Shown: positions 36,046 to 43,024 of the stretch, in pieces
Position numbering within the stretch: the stretch's first letter is position 1
Layout: every line of letters starts with the position of its first letter
NCBI GenBank assembly: GCA_964562815.1
Contig: CAZLUX010000004.1
Span: forward strand, 1 to 43,024
Length of the DNA stretch: 43,024 nucleotides
Direction of reading: 5' to 3'
DNA from: an uncultured Enterobacteriaceae bacterium
GTDB taxonomy: Bacteria; Pseudomonadota; Gammaproteobacteria; Burkholderiales; SG8-39
The notes under the pieces: generated by a model
What the model saw: the letters and a program-made list of their open reading frames with translations, nothing else
Database searches by the model: none
What the model was told of the DNA's origin: nothing
Made by a program: the position numbers and the translations under genes

Positions 36046-36716
36046 TGCGCGCCGGGGCGCTGGTGATCGTGTTCGCGCGCGCCCCACAGCCCGGGCGGGT
36101 GAAGACGCGCCTCGTGCCGCGCCTGGGCGAGTGGGGCGCGGCACAGCTGCACCGGCGCCTCGTAAGGCGCACGCTGCGCGTCGCCCGGGCGGCGCGCTGC
36201 GGGCCCGTCGAGCTGCACGGCACGCCGCGCGCGAGGCACGGGTTCTTCCTGCAGTGCGCGCAAGCCCACGGCGTCGCCCTGCGCGAGCAGCGCGGCCGCG
36301 ACCTGGGTGAGCGCATGTTCAATGCCATCGCCGGGGGCCTGCGCAGGCGGCGCGCGGTGATCCTGGTCGGCACGGATTGCCCGGCGCTGGAAGCGCGCGA
36401 CCTGCGCCGTGCCGCGCGCGCGCTGGCCGGCGGCTGCGACGCGGTCCTCGCTCCCGTCGAGGACGGGGGCTATGCGCTGATCGGCCTGCGGCGCGCGTCG
36501 CCGGGCCTGTTCGAGCGCATCGCCTGGGGCGGATCCGACGTGTTCGCGCGCAGCGCGGACGCGCTCGAGCGCCTGGGCTGGCGCTGGCGGCGGCTGCGCA
36601 CGCTATGGGACGTCGACCACCCGCAGGACCTGACGCGTCTGGGCGGGTGGAGCCAACGTCGCCGCTTTACTTGCGATCGGGAAACAGGCGCGAGGCGTGC
36701 CACATGTAGAAGCTGA
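36045..36716 (+). CDS. DUF2064 / CofC-like nucleotidyltransferase-fold protein, rSAM/selenodomain-associated transferase 1 type (TIGR04282-like)
   Basis: ATG at 36045 forms a TGATG junction with the GT2 stop. LVIVFARAPQPGRVKTRL, VILVGTDCP and PVEDGGYALIGL are the DUF2064 signature motifs. 223 aa. Confidence 0.8.
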   Translation: MRAGALVIVFARAPQPGRVKTRLVPRLGEWGAAQLHRRLVRRTLRVARAARCGPVELHGTPRARHGFFLQCAQAHGVALREQRGRDLGERMFNAIAGGLRRRRAVILVGTDCPALEARDLRRAARALAGGCDAVLAPVEDGGYALIGLRRASPGLFERIAWGGSDVFARSADALERLGWRWRRLRTLWDVDHPQDLTRLGGWSQRRRFTCDRETGARRATCRS

Positions 36717-37035
36717 CGGGCGCCGAGGCGGCGAGCCGCTCGCCGTCCGCGCCCACGAGGATCGCCTGCACGGTGTGACTGCCGCGATAGATGCCGTGAA
36801 GCTTGATCACGTCGCCGCGATGGATCTTCGGCCGCGCATTGCCGTCCAGCACGAGCCTGACTCCCGCGCCCGGCGGAGCGTCCACTCGATGCAGCTTGAC
36901 CGTGAGCTTGCCCTGGTTGCTGTGGATCGTCGTGTTGTTTGCCGGTGCGACGACCGAAATCTCCGCCGCCTGCGCGGCCGACGCGGCTGTCAGGATCAGC
37001 ATGGAGATTGCAGAAAGTATGACGCGTGATTTCAC
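36667..37035 (-). CDS. Hypothetical small exported protein
   Basis: 122 aa. Signal peptide MKSRVILSAISMLILTAASAAQA/AE followed by beta-rich sequence. Its 3' end overlaps the convergent DUF2064 gene by 50 nt. I do not recognise the family. Confidence 0.6.
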   Translation of the reverse strand: MKSRVILSAISMLILTAASAAQAAEISVVAPANNTTIHSNQGKLTVKLHRVDAPPGAGVRLVLDGNARPKIHRGDVIKLHGIYRGSHTVQAILVGADGERLAASAPVSFYMWHASRLFPDRK

Positions 37036-37080
37036 ATTGCACCTCCGAATGCCTGTGTGACCGCTTCCGGCCTCAGGAAT

Positions 37081-37731
37081 TCATTTTCCGGCGGCCAGCG
37101 CGCCGCGCTCGCGCAGGAGCTCGGCCAGCCGTTCGGCGATGAGCCGGTAGCCCTTCGCGTTGGGATGGATCGGGTCGGACTTCAGCTCCGCGTGCCGGAG
37201 CACGTAGCCGATGACCTTGCCCTGATACGGAACCGCGAATTGCTCGGCGATTTCGGCGTAGAACTCGGGCGGCGTGACGGTCAGGCCCGGCTCGGGCGTG
37301 CCGATGAGAACCACGTCGATCTGCCGCGCCCTGGCCAGTCGCACCATCTCGCGCACGTTCGCCGCGGCCTGCCGCTTGCCCAGCTGCCGCAGGAAGTCGT
37401 TGCCGCCGATGCAAAGCAGGAGCAGCCGCGGCGAATACTCATCGAGCGCGACGGGCAGGCGCTGCAGGGCATGCGCGGTCACCTCGCCGGGAACGCCGGC
37501 GCTGATGACGCGCCGGCCGATCAGCTGCGCGAGCTGCGCAGGGTAGCTCTCTTGCTCGCCCACGCCCGTGCCGTAAGTCAGGCTGTCGCCGAAGGCAAGC
37601 ACCACGTCCGCCGGGGCCAGGCGCTGCAGTTGCGGAGGTTTGCTGCAGCCCGCGAGCGCCACGGCGCACGCGAGCAGCGCGAGGGCGACTCCCAGCGCCT
37701 GCGCGCGGTAACGGGCTCGGAGGGGGCTCAG
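37081..37731 (-). CDS. SGNH/GDSL hydrolase (TesA/arylesterase-like), probable lipoprotein; start codon uncertain
   Basis: VVLAFGDSLTYG (block I Ser), GVPGE (block II), LLCIGGNDF (block III), DPIHPN (block V). Lipobox LAGC. There is no ATG/GTG/TTG between the lipobox region and the RidA stop. Only CTG at 37729-37731 is available, and it overlaps that stop. Confidence 0.75.
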   Translation of the reverse strand: MSPLRARYRAQALGVALALLACAVALAGCSKPPQLQRLAPADVVLAFGDSLTYGTGVGEQESYPAQLAQLIGRRVISAGVPGEVTAHALQRLPVALDEYSPRLLLLCIGGNDFLRQLGKRQAAANVREMVRLARARQIDVVLIGTPEPGLTVTPPEFYAEIAEQFAVPYQGKVIGYVLRHAELKSDPIHPNAKGYRLIAERLAELLRERGALAAGK

Positions 37732-38135
37732 AGCGCGGCGACGGTCTGCACTTCGACCAGGAACGGCTCGGCGACGAGCCGGTCGACCATCAGCAGCGTG
37801 TTGGGCGGGTAGGCGCCGTTCGGAAACATGCGGGGAAATTCGCGTAGCCGAAAGGACATGAACTTGGGAATGTCCTGCGAGTGCACCAGGTAGGTGGTGA
37901 ACTGCACGACGTTCCCCCAACCCGCGCCCGCCGATTGCAGAGCCGCCTCGATGTTGCGGAAGACCTGGCCGCATTGCGCCTCGAAATCGTCGCCCCCCAC
38001 GAGCTTGCCGTCCCGGTCGGCGGCCAGCATGCCTGCGATGAAGAGGTACTCGGAGGCCTTCACACGGGTCACGTGCGAATACTGTCCGAGGGGCTTGCCC
38101 AGGGAATCCGGATTGTGGATCTTGATCTCTGGCAT
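37728..38135 (-). CDS. RidA / YjgF / UK114 family protein
   Basis: Internal ATG at 38133-38135 (MPEIKIHNPDSLGKPLGQYSHVTRV...FIAGMLA...VVQFTTYL...PPNTLLMVDRLV...LVEVQTVA), 135 aa. The longer track ORF has a non-protein-like N-terminus. Confidence 0.9.
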   Translation of the reverse strand: MPEIKIHNPDSLGKPLGQYSHVTRVKASEYLFIAGMLAADRDGKLVGGDDFEAQCGQVFRNIEAALQSAGAGWGNVVQFTTYLVHSQDIPKFMSFRLREFPRMFPNGAYPPNTLLMVDRLVAEPFLVEVQTVAAL

Positions 38136-38158
38136 GGGTGCTCTTCTCCTTGCGACAG

Positions 38159-38581
38159 TCAGCTCTTGGGACGCGGGGCGCGCTTGCGTCCGGCGATTTG
38201 CGCTTTGACGGCAGCCGCGAGCGTGGCGCGCTCGATCGGCTTCACCAGATAGGCGTTGGCCCCCGCGCTTTCGCACTGCTCTTGCATCTTCGGATCCGAA
38301 ACCATGGTCACGACGATGATCGGCGTCGACATGTTGGGCGGATGGGACCGGATCTCCTTCAGGACCTCGAATCCGCCGATGCCCGGCATCAGCAGGTCGA
38401 GCACGATCGCGTCGTAGGCGTACTCCTCTGCCAGGCGCAGCGCCTGCTCGCAGGTGCCGGCGAGCTGGACTTCGACGCTGAGCTCGCTGCTGAGGATGCG
38501 CGCGAGCAGCAGCCGGGTGGCTTCCTCGTCGTCGACAATGAGAACGCGGTGGCGAGGCTTGGCCTTGTCCGCATCGGCCAT
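38159..38581 (-). CDS. Single-domain response regulator (CheY-like receiver)
   Basis: ATG at 38579-38581. HRVLIVDDEEATRLLL, phospho-acceptor region AIVLDLLMPGIGGFEVL, IIVVT and YLVKP are canonical receiver motifs. 140 aa, no output domain. Confidence 0.9.
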   Translation of the reverse strand: MADADKAKPRHRVLIVDDEEATRLLLARILSSELSVEVQLAGTCEQALRLAEEYAYDAIVLDLLMPGIGGFEVLKEIRSHPPNMSTPIIVVTMVSDPKMQEQCESAGANAYLVKPIERATLAAAVKAQIAGRKRAPRPKS

Positions 38582-38586
38582 GAGCG

Positions 38587-39306
38587 CTAGGCCCCGAGTT
38601 GCCGCGCCAGATCGATGAAATCGCTCGCGTTGAAATCGAACGCGGGCTCCGGTGTCACATCCACTTGCGCCTTCGGTCCACGCTCGCGCGGCCTCGCCAC
38701 GAATGCGGTGCGCAGGCCGCAGGACTTGGCTGCGTAGAGGTCGTCCTTGTGCGCCGCGACCATCATCACCTCGTCGTTCGCCAGCCCGAGCAGGCGCGCG
38801 GCCCCGTGGTAGACCTCGGGGTCGGGCTTGTAGTGATTGAACAGCTCGGCGGACAGGATGCAGTCCCACGGCAGGCCGGCCGACTTGGCCATGTTGGTGA
38901 GAAGCGCCACGTTGCCATTGGACAGCGTCGCAATGACGTAATGGCGCTTGAGCTCGCGCAGGCCCCTGCGTGCGTCGCGCCAGGGCTTGAGGCGGTGCCA
39001 GACCCGGTTGAAGGCCTCGACCTCGTGCTCCGGCAGGCCCCCGATGCCGAACTGCCGCAGCAGATCGTCGAGGATCATGCGGTGCAGCGCGTCGATCGTC
39101 GTCCAGGGCAACTCCCCCGAGCGCACCCGAGCCATCGCGGGACGGTAGCCGGCGCGCCAGGCGTCGGCGAAGGCCCGCCAATTGACTCGCAGGTCGTGCG
39201 CCCGGCCGAGGCGTCGACCCTCCGCGATGATCGATCCGCGCCAGTCGACGACGGTGCCGAAGACGTCGAAAACCAGAGCCTTCACCGTGGGCGCAGCACT
39301 GAGCAT
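38587..39306 (-). CDS. Haloacid dehalogenase type II (HAD superfamily)
   Basis: 239 aa. ALVFDVFGTVVDW (nucleophile Asp motif), ATLSNGN, YKPDPEVY and MVAAHKDDLYAAKSCGLRTAFV match L-2-haloacid dehalogenase-type HAD proteins. Confidence 0.85.
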   Translation of the reverse strand: MLSAAPTVKALVFDVFGTVVDWRGSIIAEGRRLGRAHDLRVNWRAFADAWRAGYRPAMARVRSGELPWTTIDALHRMILDDLLRQFGIGGLPEHEVEAFNRVWHRLKPWRDARRGLRELKRHYVIATLSNGNVALLTNMAKSAGLPWDCILSAELFNHYKPDPEVYHGAARLLGLANDEVMMVAAHKDDLYAAKSCGLRTAFVARPRERGPKAQVDVTPEPAFDFNASDFIDLARQLGA

Positions 39307-39338
39307 GGTGGAACTATTCTAGGGGTTCGTGCTGTGCC

Positions 39339-40091
39339 TCACCAGTATTTCACGCAGGGCCCGCTGTACATCACCGGGCCGGTCGGTTCGCCGGTAGGCG
39401 AGCCGCCCATGGGCTCGAGGCTCACCGCCAGCATCGGCACGTCCGCGAGCGAGCGGTCGGCCTCCGCGTGCAGCGGCAGCATGGTCTTCTGGCCCTTGCC
39501 CACCATGCCGAGGGACTTGGGCGGCTGCCCCGCCGGCATCACGGCCCAGAGCTCGAGCTGTTTGTTCGGCACGTAGATCGAAGGATCGAGCGTCTTCACC
39601 CACAGCTGGTTGGAGGTGCGCATCGCCGACACGATCAGCATCGGCTTGCGGGTCTTCGGGTCCGAGAGCACCGCGAGGTAGGCCGCCGGCATCTCGTTTG
39701 CCGGCACGCGCAGCACGACCGGTGCCGGGGCGGGCCGTGGCGCGCCGGGCCCGACCGTGACCATCGCCACGATCATCGCGGCCGCGGCGCCGCTCGCGAC
39801 GAGCCCGAGCCCGCGCCAGAAGGCGAGGCTGTTCCATAGCCCGGCGCCCGTCGGCGCCGCCGCGCGGATGCGCGCCTCGATCGCGCGCCACACGCGCGCG
39901 GGAGGACGCACCGGACGCACCGACTCGGAAAGCGGACCGAGCCGCGCCGCCCACTCTTCGGTGCGCCGCGCGAGCGTCGCGTCGTCCTGCAGCCAGCGGC
40001 GGAAGCGCGCGCGAGCCGGGCCGCGCAGCGTGCCGAGCACGTATTCCGCCGCCAGCCTGTCCTGGAGCTCGGGTTTGTCGCGGTAGCGCAT
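39339..40091 (-). CDS. Anti-sigma factor (RskA / anti-sigma-K-like, single-pass membrane)
   Basis: ATG at 40089-40091, 14 nt after the ECF sigma stop. N-terminal LAAEYVLGTLRGPARARFRRWL, a central transmembrane segment (GLGLVASGAAAAMIVAMV) and a periplasmic C-terminal domain (LAVSLEPMGGSPTGEPTGPV). Confidence 0.8.
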   Translation of the reverse strand: MRYRDKPELQDRLAAEYVLGTLRGPARARFRRWLQDDATLARRTEEWAARLGPLSESVRPVRPPARVWRAIEARIRAAAPTGAGLWNSLAFWRGLGLVASGAAAAMIVAMVTVGPGAPRPAPAPVVLRVPANEMPAAYLAVLSDPKTRKPMLIVSAMRTSNQLWVKTLDPSIYVPNKQLELWAVMPAGQPPKSLGMVGKGQKTMLPLHAEADRSLADVPMLAVSLEPMGGSPTGEPTGPVMYSGPCVKYW

Positions 40092-40105
40092 ACGTGGTCC
40101 GCGCC

Positions 40106-40663
40106 TCAGACCGCGCCGGCGAGACAGGCTTTGAGCCGCAGCAGGCCGCGGCGAACCCATGTCTTCACGGTGCCGAGTGGCTGGCGCAGATGGCTCGCGA
40201 GCTCGGAATGGGAGAGGCCATCGTAGAAGGCGAGCGCGATGGCCTGGCGCTGTTTCGCCTCCAGCTCTTGCAGGCAGCGTGCAAGCGCCTGCGCATCCTT
40301 GCTGCGCTCGAGCTCGGCGAGCGGCTCCGGGTTGTCGCTGATGGCTTGGTCGATCATCTCGCCGTCGCTGTCACTCACCTCGAGCCTGGGCTTGCGCAGC
40401 CGGTCCAGGCAGCGGTTGCGCACGATGCTGGTCATCCAGGTCATCGGCGCGGAAAGACCGGGATGGTAATCCTGCGCATGGTTCCAGATGCTGACATAGC
40501 AGTCCTGCAGCACCTCCTCGGCCCAGTCCTCTCGTCTCAATATACGCAGCGCAACGCCGAACAGTTTCGCCGAGCTCGACTGGTAAAGGCGGGTGAACGC
40601 CCGCCTGTCGCGTCGTCCGCAGGCCGCGAGCAGCGTTGCGAGAGAATCCTCGGCGCCGGCCAT
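40106..40663 (-). CDS. ECF-type RNA polymerase sigma-70 family factor
   Basis: 185 aa. Region 2 (FTRLYQSSSAKLFGVALRILRREDWAEEVLQDCYVSIW, WMTSIVRNRCLD) and region 4 (RQAIALAFYDGLSHSELASHLRQPLGTVKTWVRRGLLRLK). Confidence 0.9.
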   Translation of the reverse strand: MAGAEDSLATLLAACGRRDRRAFTRLYQSSSAKLFGVALRILRREDWAEEVLQDCYVSIWNHAQDYHPGLSAPMTWMTSIVRNRCLDRLRKPRLEVSDSDGEMIDQAISDNPEPLAELERSKDAQALARCLQELEAKQRQAIALAFYDGLSHSELASHLRQPLGTVKTWVRRGLLRLKACLAGAV

Positions 40664-41218
40664 TCAGCCCTTTTTCTTCTCGTGACGCCACTGCACGTCG
40701 CCGCGGCCGGCGTGGCGATTGAGCCTGCGGCCGGCCACGAACAGAAGGTCCGAGAGACGGTTGAGATATTGGCGCGCGCGCTCGCCGACCGTTTCGCGCC
40801 GCGCCAGCGCGACCAGGCTGCGCTCGGCGCGCCGGCAGACCGAGCGCGCGAGGTGCGCGCACGCGGCGGCGCGCGAGCCGCCCGGCAGGATGAATTCCTT
40901 GAGCGCGGGCAGCTCCGCGTTCCATGCCTCGAGCCAGGCGTCCAGCCGCGCCACGTGCGCCTCGGTGACCATCGCGTGGCCGGGAATGCTCGCCTCCCCG
41001 CCGAGATCGAACAGGTCGTGCTGAACCTGCTCGAGCGCAGCGCGCAGCGCGTCGGGCAGGTCCTCGGCGAGCAGCATGCCGAGCGCGGAATTGAGCTCGT
41101 CGATGTCTCCCAGCGCCTGGATGCGGGCGCTGTCCTTGGGCACGCGCGAGCCGTCGCCGAGGCCGGTCTCGCCGGCGTCCCCGGTTCGCGTGGCAATCTT
41201 GGTCAGGCGGTGTCCCAT
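40664..41218 (-). CDS. PduO-type ATP:cob(I)alamin adenosyltransferase
   Basis: Internal ATG at 41216-41218. LTKIATRTGDAGETGL and ALGDIDELNSALG are the hallmark N-terminal motifs of PduO/MMAB-type adenosyltransferases. 184 aa. Its stop abuts the ECF sigma start. Confidence 0.9.
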   Translation of the reverse strand: MGHRLTKIATRTGDAGETGLGDGSRVPKDSARIQALGDIDELNSALGMLLAEDLPDALRAALEQVQHDLFDLGGEASIPGHAMVTEAHVARLDAWLEAWNAELPALKEFILPGGSRAAACAHLARSVCRRAERSLVALARRETVGERARQYLNRLSDLLFVAGRRLNRHAGRGDVQWRHEKKKG

Positions 41219-41329
41219 GCAGACGGCGTCGAGTAGGGGGGGTGGATCATTATCGCATCGCGGGCCCCGATCAGAGTTACGATAGACCCGGCCCGCCGGA
41301 TGCGGGCGACACGCAAGCAAGGAGGAGCC

Positions 41330-41743
41330 ATGGCGGCACGTATCAAGAAAGTGGACTACTTCTCGACCAAGGTGCCCAACCGCGCCGGAACGGGCGTCAA
41401 GCTGCTGGAGGCGATGCGGGCGGAGGGCGTCAACCTGCTCGCCTTCACCGGTTTTCCCGAGCGCGGCGGGGCGCAAGTGGACTTCGTGCCCGAGAACAGC
41501 GCGGCCTTCCGGCGCGCCGCGAAGAAGGCGGGGCTCAAGGTTTCGGAGCGCAAGACCGGGTTCCTGGTGCAGGGCGACGATCGCGTCGGCGCGCTGACCG
41601 GCATCCTGGGCAAGCTCGCTCAGGCGCGCATCGGTCTTGTCGCGCTCGATGCCGTGACGGCGGGCAAGGGGCGCTACGGCGCGATCTTCTGGGTCAGGAA
41701 GAAAGACGTCGCCCGCACCGCGCGCCTGATCGGCGCGCGTTGA
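41330..41743 (+). CDS. Hypothetical protein, ACT-domain-like
   Basis: ATG at 41330, 4 nt after AGGAGG. 137 aa. Two repeats of a beta-alpha-beta-like pattern (FSTKVPNRAGTGVKLLEAMRAEGVNLLAF and FLVQGDDRVGALTGILGKLAQARIGLVAL) resemble tandem ACT modules. Confidence 0.6.
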   Translation: MAARIKKVDYFSTKVPNRAGTGVKLLEAMRAEGVNLLAFTGFPERGGAQVDFVPENSAAFRRAAKKAGLKVSERKTGFLVQGDDRVGALTGILGKLAQARIGLVALDAVTAGKGRYGAIFWVRKKDVARTARLIGAR

Positions 41744-41747
41744 GCCT

Positions 41748-42977
41748 TTAGCGGCCTTTGCGCCGCACTTCGCTCTCGATCCAGCCCTTCGACAGCGTGG
41801 TGTGCAGGCGCTCGCCCTCGGCGGCGCCCGCGGCGTCGCGCAGCACCTGCCCCGCGGCGTTGCGCGTGATGCTGTAGCCGCGCGCCAGCACCGCGGTCGG
41901 GTCCAGGCCCGACAGGCCGGTGCGCAGCCGCTCGAGGCGCGCCGCGGCGCCGTCCAGCAGCCTCGCGTTCGCAGACGCGAGGCGGGCGGCGAGCTGGGCG
42001 ACGAGCTGGCCCGAGGCGCGCATCCGGTCCGCCGGGTGCACCAGCCGTCGCGCGAGCGCGTCCACCGTCTGCATCGCGTAGCCGATGCGGCGCGAGGACT
42101 CGCGCCCGGCGCGCAGCGCGAGCTCGGCGATGCGCGCCAGCAGCTCCGCGCGCGGCGCGCTGACCAGCTCGGCCGCGGCCGTCGGCGTCGGCGCGCGCCG
42201 GTCGGCGGCGAAATCGGCGATGGTGAAGTCGGTCTCGTGGCCGACGCCGACGACCACCGGAATGCGCGAGGCGCGTATCGCCCGCGCCACGACCTGCTCG
42301 TTGAACTGCCACAGATCCTCGAGCGAACCGCCGCCGCGCACCAGCAGCAGGACGTCGCACTCGCCGCGCTCGCTCGCGGTGCGGAGCATGGCGGCGATCC
42401 GATCCGCCGCGCCCTCGCCCTGCACCGGGACGGGGTAGACGATCACGGGGATCGACGGATTGCGGCGCGCGAGCGTCGTCAGGACGTCCCGCAGGGCGGC
42501 CGCCGCGAGCGAGGTCACCACCCCGATCGCGCGCGGATGCTCCGGCGGCTCGCGCTTCGCGGCGGGATCGAACAGGCCTTCGCGCGCGAGCTGCTCCTTG
42601 AGGCGCAGAAAGCGCTCGTAGAGCGGACCGAGCCCGGCGTGGCGCATGGTCTCGACGTTGAGCTGAAACCGGCCGCGCGGCTCATAGAGCGTCACCAGCA
42701 CGCGCGCTTCCACCCGCGTGCCTTCGGTGGGCGTCCAGTCCAGTCCGGCGGCGCGGCCGCGGAACATGACGCAGTCGACCTGGGCGTCGTTATCTTTCAG
42801 CGTGAAGTACCAGTGCCCGGAGGCGGCGCGCGTCAGATTGGAGATCTCGCCCGCGACCCACATGAGCGGATAGCGGCGCTCGAGCGTGTCGCGCACGCTG
42901 CGCAGCAACTGGGAAACGGTGATCGGCGCCGCGCGGGCACCGTCGATGTCGGCAAAGTCGCCGTTTGGCGTCGGCAT
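41748..42977 (-). CDS. xseA: Exodeoxyribonuclease VII large subunit
   Basis: ATG at 42975-42977 preferred over the GTG at 43019. [30 protein letters not shown]...[10 protein letters not shown] (OB fold), IGVVTS...[18 protein letters not shown] and VGHETD are canonical XseA motifs. Confidence 0.92.
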   Translation of the reverse strand: MPTPNGDFADIDGARAAPITVSQLLRSVRDTLERRYPLMWVAGEISNLTRAASGHWYFTLKDNDAQVDCVMFRGRAAGLDWTPTEGTRVEARVLVTLYEPRGRFQLNVETMRHAGLGPLYERFLRLKEQLAREGLFDPAAKREPPEHPRAIGVVTSLAAAALRDVLTTLARRNPSIPVIVYPVPVQGEGAADRIAAMLRTASERGECDVLLLVRGGGSLEDLWQFNEQVVARAIRASRIPVVVGVGHETDFTIADFAADRRAPTPTAAAELVSAPRAELLARIAELALRAGRESSRRIGYAMQTVDALARRLVHPADRMRASGQLVAQLAARLASANARLLDGAAARLERLRTGLSGLDPTAVLARGYSITRNAAGQVLRDAAGAAEGERLHTTLSKGWIESEVRRKGR

Positions 42978-43024
42978 TTTGGCGGTTGCGGGGGTTAGCG
43001 GCAGCTTACACCTATCCACACGGC

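Overview
This is a very GC-rich, gene-dense chromosomal segment with strong G/C bias at third codon positions. The AlaS, DAHP synthase and XseA sequences look betaproteobacterial, which is an inference only. I support about 46 protein-coding genes. I saw no rRNA or tRNA genes, no CRISPR array, and no transposase, integrase or phage genes. Many long ORFs in the six-frame track are antisense or off-frame GC artefacts and are rejected below.

Gene content, left to right:
- The 3' end of a CoxL/xanthine-dehydrogenase-type molybdoenzyme, followed by three small redox genes.
- A hydantoinase/oxoprolinase (acetone-carboxylase-like) A/B pair plus a NIPSNAP gene.
- A TPP enzyme, a ketopantoate-reductase-like enzyme and an MFS transporter.
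- A five-gene Liv-type ABC uptake system, followed by a deacetylase-fold enzyme and a luciferase-like monooxygenase. A divergent TetR regulator and a cupin sit next to them.
- alaS, a small membrane protein, an orphan AAA+ ATPase and a PaaI thioesterase.
- A class I DAHP synthase.
- A long co-directional block (26.7-36.7 kb): TauE/SafE, a GT39 (GT-C) glycosyltransferase, a UbiA-type polyprenyl-phosphate phosphoribosyltransferase, a cNMP-binding protein, and the six-gene radical-SAM/selenodomain-associated (ArsS-like, so-called arsenosugar) set. That set includes a DedA-flavoprotein disulfide reductase fusion.
- A minus-strand array: PduO-type adenosyltransferase, ECF sigma, anti-sigma, haloacid dehalogenase, CheY-like receiver, RidA and a GDSL esterase.
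- An ACT-like protein and xseA.

Most interesting observations:
1. An unannotated 21-codon, Phe-rich leader ORF with a three-element terminator/antiterminator switch lies directly upstream of the DAHP synthase gene.
2. The translationally coupled ArsS-like operon has no arsM or ars genes in the window. It sits beside a GT-C plus phosphoribosyl-polyprenyl-phosphate synthase pair. Together these may form a poorly understood membrane-linked glycoconjugate or organo-metalloid pathway.
3. The HyuB-type subunit carries a fused acetone-carboxylase-gamma-like zinc-ribbon tail.
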